64,000 bases of DNA, taken from Setoptus koraiensis (Eukaryota; Animalia; Arthropoda). Location of the stretch: NCBI GenBank assembly GCA_048013815.1, contig CM106585.1, positions 11,532,001 to 11,596,000 of the forward strand, read 5' to 3'. Below the pieces are notes generated by a model. The model saw nothing but the letters and a program-made list of their open reading frames with translations. It was not told where the DNA came from and made no database searches. This document shows positions 51,463-61,516 of the stretch, in pieces. How positions within the stretch are numbered: the stretch's first letter is position 1; every line of letters starts with the position of its first letter. The translations under genes and the position numbers were made by a program.

Positions 51463-54400
51463 TTATTGACCGTCGTCTCGATTCAATGAATTGTTTTCAT
51501 TGTTATGCTTCGATGCCACCGAAGCCTCTTCTGTCTTTTGTGTAGACGAGCTCTTGCTTTTAGGAGTATCCACTCGATATGAGTCGCTTGTTCGTCTCTT
51601 GAATAAGAATTTGTAGACACCCAATCTCTGTAACATGGGTTCTAAGATTGACAATTTTGATCTTTTGCACCCAAAAGCTATGAATATAAATAAACCTTGT
51701 AGTGTATTCAATATAACAAATAGATACCACAATATGTCACTATCTGCAAATGATGCAACAACTCCGGTCAGCCACGTTAGGCCCATCATAGTTGAGAGAC
51801 GCCAATAGAGACGATAGTCCTTAGATACCGAGGCCAACACGATGCTCAACTGCTGCTGAATCGGCCTATTGCACGCGTTCCCTGCTTGCCTTGATCTTTC
51901 TTTCTTGGTTTCGTCTTGTTTTTCCAATACTAAAGGCAAGGTAGACGAATTTGATATAGTTATTGAAACTCGCTTCGTCGTACCATCGTACTGATCAGAC
52001 TCATTGTTTTTTGCTCGATCCCCGCTCTTCGAGGTGGTATCGGGTGCGCTGGTGATAGCATTTGAATTGTTGGTTGCCATTTCTTGCTGAACATTATGTA
52101 GCTTGTTGTTCGAATCCAAATCTTTGTCTCGCATGTCTCTCCAATGAGCCAAATCGGTAATTGTACTTTGTATTGTAAGATTATTGTCATATACATTGGA
52201 TTTATTCTCTATTGCACAATTTTTCTCGTTTCCCTTGTTAGGCTCAGTGTGATTTGGTGAATCGATCGACGCGATTTGATGTGATCTTCTGAAAATTTGT
52301 CTCAGAAGGCGTTTTAGCTTGTCGGCAAAAGTAGATTTAATCTCATCTACGCTTGTTGATTCGGAACTTTCATTACTCTCTATTACGACAGTCGGCATAT
52401 CTCTCGAACCTGCAGGTATGCCTCTCAACCGCTCCCCAGGAATATTGTATTCGAGAGTCGTTGTAGATGACGAGGATTGTAATGAATACGATGAAATAGT
52501 ACGGTTCTTTTTCATGTCATACCGTTTGTTTGAAGAGCCTGCTTTCTTGCTTGGACTATCAATCGATGAGATTAAGTCGCCCTTTTTGGCGTATGGTTGT
52601 CCTCTAGAAGACTTTGTTGAGGTCATTATCACCATAGCACTACTATGAATGAAGAATAATAAATTGAACACCATTATGAGGGTAACAGGCAAACCAAAGA
52701 ACAATGCTAGACCGCGTCTATTTGTGAACCAACACGATCCCTGGCGCTGTCCAAATCTCGGTTTGTAGTCATTAATAATAGTATCAATGATGGTGAGATA
52801 GAGCTGCTTCGGTTTGGTATCACTGAAAGTATCCGTGCCATCTGTTAGTTGCTGCGAACTGCTAATATTACCCTGATTAGGCTGATGGTCACCAGATAAC
52901 GATTGTGGTAGGAAATCCACATATGTAGCTGTTGCAACAACAGCGCCGGATATAGCTAATGAGTAAATCATGTAAATTAGGAACCTTTTAGATTGTGCAT
53001 GTATTACTGGGCCGCGCAAATGACATGTAGCCAAACGAAGCGTACGCCAAACATCGAAGGATAATAAGAACATCCAATTGAATGCCATGAGAAAACAAAA
53101 ATAAGTGCCGATAGCAACGAATACACAAGCATCGTAGTTTTGATTGATTGTGTCCAATTGCTGACTACTGAGAAAAAGAACGTAGGCCCCTAGCAGCGAG
53201 GTAGATAAACAAGCTACCCCTCTTGATGATAATGAATTGTGGCCCGCGGAGTCCATGGATCCTTTTCGATTTCTACCAGTGCACCAGACACAGGTTGATG
53301 ATATATACAACAATAGGAAAAGTGTCAGGCTTGTTATAGAGATGACAAGTCCCATAGTGGTTATCATGGCCATGATCGGCTTGAATTTGGGAGCCAAATC
53401 TGTCTTAAACGGAGTGCATATCAATAGTTTGCCACCTTTATCTGAATCTAACTCATAATGGCCTGGCTCCAAAGTCAAATTGTATAGTTCCACGTGCGCC
53501 ATCGTTGTATTGCCCTCTGGTGTCGTTCGATTGATCAATTTAAATTGCGACTTATCAATATAGATTTTACCACATTCGTTGAATGATAGGTTCGCACTAA
53601 CAAAAGGTTGAGTAGCTGATGTTAGATTTTTCGTACCATCATTCAGCCGCTGGTCTGATCCAACAGTTTTTTGTGGCGATAACGTAATAGCTGTACTATC
53701 TGGATTACTGTTTACTACGATTGGTATCTTCGATTCATCGATAGAACGCGCTGTATTTCCTTTGTTATTTGTTAGGCTACGATTGGCGATACTTGATGCA
53801 GAATTAGCTGATTTTTTTTGCGTATCTCTTTCAACGGTAAGAAAAGGCTTTTGATTACTAATAAATTCAGAGGAGTCACTCGCTAAAATAGAACTCGCGG
53901 TCGTAGAAGTAATGTCATGTGTATCATCGAGTGTTGGAGTCATTCCTGTACTGGAATCACTGAATTCTGATTCTTCATCGAAATCGGTGGATGTATACTT
54001 GGACATCGGAGGTGATTTAGTAAAACCAAATTGATCTGTTGAGGGGTCGATACGTACATTTTGGCCGTCGTTAAGGTTTGTTTCGCTAGAGCGAGTCTTA
54101 TATATGTTGTCGGCTTTCCCAGTCGAGTTTACCTCTGCTTTTACCGTATCATCGGATGGTGAATTAATTAAACGATTTTCCTCCAATCCGAGTTGATTCG
54201 CTACACATTTTCCTTCTTGGAAGCGTTGATTCAAACCACAAACAACGTGACGACATGTCATGAAGATCGGATCATAAATTTGGTCGGCGCTCTCGCACTG
54301 ATGCACTATTCCTACTTGTTGGTCATCATGCGAAGAGCCGTAAAGATCAAATAAGACGCTGAAGGAACCTTGTAAATTGGTTGAAAACGGATTCAAATCG

Positions 54401-55889
54401 GGTGATAAACGCCGGCCCTGGTTATCATCGGGTAATGTTTTGCGCATTTTAGGCTCGCAATGTACACTGAACTCGTTATTGCAATGAGCACACGCCAGGT
54501 TTCTGTAGGCAATATCGCTAGTCTGGCTGTAGACCAATGCTTGATACCCCATGTGACATTCATCAGCCAGAGTCTGATTGATCTGACTCGATAAATTCCT
54601 AGATGACGTTTGATTATTCTGTAGAGTTGATGGATCTAACTGAGCCACATGGCATCTATCTATCACATTCGCCCGACAGAATCTTATCATATGCTCAACT
54701 GAGTTCGGTATCACAGGCTCAAACTTACAAATACGATCATTTATGCTATGCTTTTTGGGATCGATAACAGTTTCATTGTTGCTATCTGATCCTGTGTCGG
54801 TTGATAAAGTCATATTCGAAGAATGATTTGGCTGTGAATGTGGACTGTCGGAGCTGGTATTCTGTTCCGTTCTGTTGCTGATTGGTATGTCTAGGAACCA
54901 ACTTTGCAGAGATTCTGAATATTTCAATATTTTTCCCTTGCTCAAGTGTAACAAATCGAGCAAGGCATTTCTATCATCTTTCGTAACATCGTAGTTGCAA
55001 TCGAGCACAGGGGACCAGTATATTAATTTGGAATGGTTTAGATTGATAGGGTTGCACTGTAAACAATAGGAATTAGCGTAGGTTATGCCACTCACAATGT
55101 CTGTGATGTGCATCATAAGTCCAAGAGGGTCTTGAAGCTGGGGTACTGTATCAGATTGGATTTGAACTACATCCTCTGTATCATGTCTACCAGTGGCAAA
55201 TGATTTTTCCTTAACCATTTTGATGTGTTCACAGTTCTCCTTGATAATTTTAGCATCTTGATTAGCTCTGCTAGGATGGCTAATGTTTAGTAAATTTTTA
55301 CTCAGCCATTCGGCTGAGCATGAAGCCTTAATGTAGACATCGCCGAAGAGACCAGTTTGGTGACAAAACCATTGAGATCTAATTCGCCTCAGATCGAATT
55401 CATTTTTCCTCTCCGTTGATGATATTGCGAATTTAGAATCAGCGCAGCAATCGTCGCTGAATAATGTAAGAAAAAATTAAAAAATTTTTGGTAACATGTT
55501 GGGATTCAAAGACAGAGCAAGTTTCCAAATTTGCATACTTACTAAACTCTACATGCTTGATCACAAGTGCACGATTGTTTTTTGGGTTCCGATTCTAATA
55601 GTCTGCTTCTGATGGTGGCACGACACGAGCGCCTCTGATGACATTTATCGGTATAAACTTGTTCCGAGTTAGTAGTGATACGGGGTGGGCCTGATCTTTC
55701 TGTGTTATTTTTACTTATTGATATATCACGAAGTTTTGCAGGTTGAGTATTATTCAAATCGTTCAGTGGCATAGCCATAATAGCACAAATTATGATATTC
55801 ATGGTGGCGATTATTATGCACAGTTTACCAGAAGAGTTTTTGCCTTCAAAAGGCCTAATTAGGTACAGTCGTTTAGTGTAATAGTCCAT
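51463..55889 (-). CDS. Family-B/Methuselah-like GPCR with N-terminal somatomedin-B-like domain; exons 55889-55543 and 55456-51463 (1446 aa)
   Basis: Phase-2 intron 55542-55457 (GTAAGT..TTCAG, 86 nt) reconstitutes SCTCDQACRV-Y-DDCCAD (SMB-like). Cys-rich ectodomain SGITYANSYCLQCN and YRNLACAHCN; 7TM motifs FNWMFLLSFDVWRTL, CWF, GLTW, LNTLQGLFIF. The exact start codon is uncertain. Confidence 0.88.
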
Positions 55890-58099
55890 CCTGGTTTATT
55901 TCATGCTATCTATAGGGTTTATGATTATAAAATAAATTAATATTTGACAATAATGCTTACTACTACTATCTATCTATTATGTTTCGTGGGTCTATCCGGT
56001 TGGTTGTCCTATATGGTGACTTTGGTTTGGTACGATTGGGTCGATTATTACCTATAAAATGTGTATTGCGATGTGAACAATGAGCGCGCAAATTCTTCTA
56101 GAAAGAATTCGTGGCCCGCGTGTTGTGACCTCGGCTCAGCGACAACAAATAACTCGTCTAGTTGGTAATATATTCTGGTTGGCAACACTTTCAATTATAA
56201 TTAGATGGTTTCGTTGAGCAATTCCATAGATTGATGAGTATGGTTTGGACATGGTTGTATCGCTTGCAGCCGGCAGTATGTATATCATGGGCTGTATATC
56301 ATCATATTCAATCCAGTTTTGTATCATTATTGTCATAGATGTAACCTTGAAAAAACTAGTCAGCGCCAAAAAGAACAGTTCATTCAATTTGGCTGATGAT
56401 GATATCTGATTTGTTTGGCACTAGATGATTTTGCAGAAGTGTGTGTTGTATACGAGCAAAGGTTGCCGTTGTTTTTGTTGTTGTTGTTGTTATTGTCATT
56501 GTTTTGTTTTGATTGTATCGGTATTTATGCGCATGTTGGTAGTTATTATGAGATCGGGTTAAAATAGTCCATGTTATTAAATATCCGGACAGGCCAATCG
56601 ATTGATTCAACGAAAACAGTTGCTGTGATTGCAATATTATAAATGAACTTTCGCCGTTTTCTGTTCGATTGAGAAAATTCGCTGTGTCGTTGTGCTGTTG
56701 ATTGTTGATGATCATCAATTTCGGATAGAATTGTTGCGCACGGCTTCTGTTAACACTCCTCATAGTTGCTCGATAATATGATCAACATGCAGACTGCAGA
56801 TGCGCCCAGTTTATAGAGTGTAACATGGCGGCTAGACACATTCGCTGTGGTGCAAAACTGGAAATACCAGTCTTGAAGAATGTGTGCGTAAGTGTTTATT
56901 TTGATCAAAAATTCATGCTTGTGCGCACAAATTCGCTTATCGCATCTATATGCTGGCTTTATATTGTGGCTGCAGTAACATTGGCTAGATAAAATATAAA
57001 TAAATAATCATTACATAACTACACTAGCACAGATTCGATAGTTGAAACAACAAAAAGAAGCCAAGCGCCAACACTTGTTAGACAATCAATTCAACTTCAT
57101 TATGCAAGATGATAAATGATTGGATAATTGGTTGATTGCATTTTGCGCATTTATTTTCACTTGCGAGCCCATGATGATAAAATTAAAATGCCAAATTAAA
57201 ATGTTTGCTGCCTACTATGAACAACTTAAGTCCATGTAGAGGTGGCACTAAGCAAAAGAACAGATCGAATCAGTAGAATGAACTCTATACCCTCTCAATG
57301 GAAATCCACTCGTTATGCTAACACCACTTGAAAGCGGCAGTGAAAAAAGATCTCGCCTCGCGTCACTTGTTGACATGTCTAGCCAGCCAGCATAACATCA
57401 ATCTGATACGACAACAGCTAGATTCTGGCTAAGACGAGAATTCGAGCCTTGCGTTTTACCATTATGCCACTGCTATCGTCATTAGTGATTGTAGTGGAGT
57501 GACACTATCCTATTCGGAAGAGTAGTTAGATCTCATTAGTTTTTATCATAACTCTAATAACAAAACAATATCCGCAAAAAATGGATGCAGTTGCAGTTTG
57601 CCAGTGCACACACACTTACAGCCACTATCAGACAGGAAAGGTTACATAAGATTTGCTTAGAAATCACATTCGACTTACCGCAAACTGACTGAAAAATTAT
57701 CTGCTCATTCGCACTAGCATAAATCTACCTTTTCTGAGAATTAAGCGTCAATTTACTAAGGCACACGATGCTAGTGCACCTCTGCTAAGAGTGCAGTAGT
57801 TTCCAAGTTCTTACATGGAGTGTAGCTTGCAAGAATATTTCATCTGAATATTTCATCTTTGATGACGTTGAAGATGCTATTCATGGGACAGCATTACTTT
57901 GGTTAGAATAAAAGGAATCACAACAAGCACCTTAATGGTGGAACAACTTCGATGCTCACAAGGCGAACTAGTTGAGAAGCTGCCCATAAATAAACTTGAA
58001 TGGCCTGTAACGAACTCGAAAAATTGTAACAGAAATTTAACAAGAAATACGATCGAGATTCTATGATGAGATACAATATTATTAGGACTTTTTAATTAA

Positions 58100-58555
58100 T
58101 CATTTGGTTTTGATTGACTGAGCGAATCTCTCAGCTCTTTTCCTCAAGATCTCTGAATCCACAGCAGCTACTGCTGGCCCAAAGGTTTGTTTAGCTTCAG
58201 GTAAGATCCCGCCAAATTTTTTCGCTCGTAGAGTCAATTTGGCGCTATTTGACACGGGGGTCTTGAATTTGCTTGTTCTCAATGCCAATCTTTCCGCAGG
58301 GGATAACTTGCCAACCTTGGCCAGCTCAATCTTAGCGCCAAGTCCCTTAGTAAATGTGGTCACAGTCTTGACTTTTTTCTTTGGTTGACCCTCAATCGTT
58401 GAGCCATCGTTTGCGTTAGTTTTTGTTGTTGTTTCTGCTTCCAGTGTCTTTTCTGGGGGTGTAGGATCCACGCTGATCTCTTCTACAGCTTGGGCTGGCT
58501 CTTCTTGTTGGGTCTGCTCGGTTGCCATTTCTTTTTTTGCACGTGTGGATACCAT
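58100..58555 (-). CDS. SARNP: SARNP/CIP29/Tho1-like mRNA export factor without SAP domain, 151 aa
   Basis: Three R-x-x-x-F-type motifs: ERLALRTSKF, KLTLRAKKFG, EILRKRAERF (cf. ERMQKRAERF, KKAARAARFG, KLKERAQRFG), preceded by an acidic linker. Confidence 0.72.
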   Translation of the reverse strand: MVSTRAKKEMATEQTQQEEPAQAVEEISVDPTPPEKTLEAETTTKTNANDGSTIEGQPKKKVKTVTTFTKGLGAKIELAKVGKLSPAERLALRTSKFKTPVSNSAKLTLRAKKFGGILPEAKQTFGPAVAAVDSEILRKRAERFAQSIKTK

Positions 58556-58734
58556 TTGAAATATTTTTGTGTATTGATGAAAACGTTATGTTGAAAATAT
58601 TAATACAATAATGCATCTATCGAGTAGAAGACACTAGTAAACATTTATTTAATCACATGCCATGGTGACGCTGGGTGCAATGCAAAAATTTCAGCCTTTC
58701 GTATTTGCGGGAAATTTGAATGAGAATGGACATT

Positions 58735-59141
58735 TAGTGTTGCGAAGCGAACGCTCGCTCCGAGCGAGATCTTTCGCTCCGAACGGGAACTTTTCGCTCC
58801 GAGCGAAAAATTTGCTCCAAGATCAATCCGACTGTGACTTATGGCACCTGTAAAATTTGATGAGAGGTCAAATAAGATCATTTCATTTGAAAAAAGCTTG
58901 TATTAAAAACACTAATTGATCGTTTGTTTTCATTGATTGATCTAATGTGACAACTTCATCAAACTTTACAGGTGCCACAAGTCACAGTCGGAACGATCTT
59001 GGAGCAAATTTTTCGCTCGGAGCGAAAGATCTCGCTCGAAGCGAAAGATCTCGCTCGAAGCGAAAGATCTCGTTCGAAACGAAAAATTTCGCTCAGAGCG
59101 AAACTGCGCCGCTCGGAGCGAGCGTTCGCCCCGCAACACTA
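58735..59141. mobile_element. Non-autonomous foldback/MITE-like element with long modular inverted arms
   Basis: Left arm 58735-58863 is the reverse complement of right arm 58956-59141 (tagtgttgcg..cgcaacacta; ggcacctgtaaa..tttacaggtgcc). 19-bp subrepeat agcgaaagatctcgctcga, with more copies in the right arm; 92-nt AT-rich spacer. No coding capacity and no clear target-site duplication beyond a possible TA. Confidence 0.7.
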
Positions 59142-59389
59142 ACGGGTACGTGATTTTCAAATCTCGCTCCTGACTGACGCAACAAAAATCACAGTTAAAT
59201 CATGTGTTTGGGCATCAGTGACGAACAAAAGGCGTCGTTATTTGCAAATTCATTACCCGTAACCCATGCCAAACAACAACAACGACATCAGCAGCACGCA
59301 AAAACATTTATTCATTTTACATATACATACATTGTTTGATTACAGCTCGTCGCATTTGCATACAACACACTATACACGCACTGGACACA

Positions 59390-60967
59390 ATGCCGAGAGA
59401 AATGATAATGCTTCAATTGGGCCAGTGTGGCAATCAAGTGGGCAACGCTTTCTGGAAGACCCTTTGCGCCGAACACGGAATCAGCCCGGAGGGAGTGCTA
59501 GAGGACTTCGCCACCGAGGGCACAGACAGAAAGGACGTCTTCTTCTATCAGGCTGACGACAATCACTACATACCCAGGGCCCTGTTGCTAGACCTGGAGC
59601 CGCGTGTCATCAACAATATCATGAGTTCCCCTTATGCCAAATTGTACAATCCGGAGAACATTTACCTGCACAAGGAGGGCGGTGGAGCGGGCAACATCTG
59701 GGCCACAGGATATTCGCAAGGCGGCGAAATTGAAGAGGACATATTCGACATAATAGAACGCGAGGCCGAGGGCAGTGACTCTCTAGAAGGTTTCATATTG
59801 TGCCACTCAATTGCCGGCGGTACCGGCTCCGGCCTGGGCTCCTATTTGTTGGAAAAATTATCGGAACGCTTCCCAAATAAACTTGTACAGACATGTTCAG
59901 TATTTCCAAATCAAGACCAAACTAGTGACGTTGTTGTCCAACCCTACAATTCCATTTTAACCCTCAAGAGACTTGTGCTAAACTCAGATTGTGTCATTGT
60001 ACTGGACAATTCCGCTTTAGATCGTATTGCCACAGAACGGTTGGCCGTTAGGGATTACCCGAAAGAAGAAGACCTTGTTGGCGATAGGAAAAATGTTTCG
60101 TTCACTCAAATTAATTCACTAATCTCAACAATTATGTCTGTATCTACTGCCACGTTACGTTATCCAAGTTACATGAACAATTATCTAGTGGGATTGATTG
60201 CGCCATTGATACCGACACCAAGATTGCATTTTTTGATGACGGGTTACACACCATTAACCACAGATCGTGATCATACAGCAGTGAGAAGAACAACAGTTTT
60301 AGATGTTATGAGACGATTGTTACAGCCAGCCAATATGATGGTGTCGACACCTATGCACGATCACAGCCATTGTTACATTAGTATTCTAAACATTATACAA
60401 GGTGAAGTGGACCCAACTCAAGTCCACAAATCGTTACAGAGAATTCGCGAGAGAAAACTAGCACAATTTGTCCCCTGGGGCCCGGCAGGCATTCAGGTTG
60501 CTTTATCAAAGAAATCCCCCTACATACAGACAACCCATCGCGTATCGGGTCTTATGTTGGCCAATCATACATCTATAGCTCATGTAAGTATACATACGGA
60601 AGAAAAGCAAAATTATTCACTTTCTTCTACACACAGAGAGGTGTTTGTGAATAATCTGACTGACACTTGTTTAATGCATTTATAAGCTGCTTCGATATGT
60701 TTACTAATTGGAATATTTATCATCTTAATCATGTTAAAAATCTTCTTTTATATACAAACACGCTTACATTAGTTATTTGAAAAGACCATCCTCAATTACG
60801 ACAAGCTCATCAAGAAGGGAGCCTTTTTAGACAAATTCATGGCTGAAGATAAATATAAAGAGGAAATCAAAGATGAACTCAAATCCGCGCGTGCAGTTGT
60901 GCAAGATGTTGTAAATGAATACCATGCCTCTAAGGGGGTCAACTATTTGAACAGTGGCTGTAATTAA
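59390..60967 (+). CDS. TUBG1: Gamma-tubulin; exons 59390-60583 and 60773-60967 (462 aa)
   Basis: [46 protein letters not shown]. Phase-0 intron 60584-60772 (GTAAGT..ATTAG) joins NHTSIAH to [19 protein letters not shown]. Confidence 0.97.
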
Positions 60968-60977
60968 ATATTTATTG

Positions 60978-61241
60978 TCATTTTTGACAATCTTTCAGTT
61001 TTAACAGAATGTCTCGCATCCTTGACTTATTTTTGATGCTATTCATATTATCTAGATCACACATTTGTACAACTTGGTCCCAATTGAATGGTTCATCGTC
61101 CGATACTGATTTTGTTTTTCTGTTCTCCTCTTTAATTTTAGCTATTTTTTCATGGTATTTCTTAAACCAATCTTCTAGGCTCTTCTCAGCTTCAGCCTTC
61201 ATAATCTTGTGATCGTCGTCACCTCCGGTAGGAGCCTCCAT
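60978..61241 (-). CDS. Clc: Clathrin light chain-like protein, C-terminal portion only, 87 aa
   Basis: AEKSLEDWFKKYHEKIAKIKEENR, WDQVVQMCD and SRMRDILLKLK match the clathrin light chain C-terminus (AKKELEEWY.., WERVARLCD, SRMRSVLISLK). An in-frame acceptor cag|gctacaATG lies just upstream. Confidence 0.8.
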   Translation of the reverse strand: MEAPTGGDDDHKIMKAEAEKSLEDWFKKYHEKIAKIKEENRKTKSVSDDEPFNWDQVVQMCDLDNMNSIKNKSRMRDILLKLKDCQK

Positions 61242-61504
61242 TGTAGCCTGATGTGAATGTTGTTGTATGAGGATAATAAATTAATACTATGTTTTGTTGT
61301 AGGTATCAAATGAACGGTACGGTGGACTAATGGGACCTATGTTGGGTTGTTGGTAGTTGTAAAAGTGGTATATGTTTTTAAACAGAATAATTGAGTTGTT
61401 GTGTAATGGTTGCAAAGGTATTTAGGTGGTGGTGTCGGTGATGCCGATGCTGACGAAAAAATACACCCACAGCGGGTGACCCGCTTCATGAGTTTGAGTG
61501 AGGA

Positions 61505-61516
61505 TGCGCATGCGCA
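61505..61516. promoter_or_regulatory. Perfect NRF1/Erect-wing palindrome TGCGCATGCGCA
   Basis: Exact 12-bp consensus about 265 bp upstream of the clathrin light chain ATG. Confidence 0.5.

Noticed and set aside
56136-56763. Two minus-strand ORFs upstream of the GPCR
   Set aside because: Low-complexity, no homology; the GPCR already has a hydrophobic leader in exon 1. At most they are upstream ORFs or UTR.
57830-57910. FIFDDVEDAIHG as a possible Walker-B remnant
   Set aside because: Too short, surrounded by stops, and with no Walker A.
58645-59160. Mirror-image ORFs 58645..58881, 58662..58853, 58947..59153 and 58966..59160
   Set aside because: Artefacts of the inverted-repeat element.
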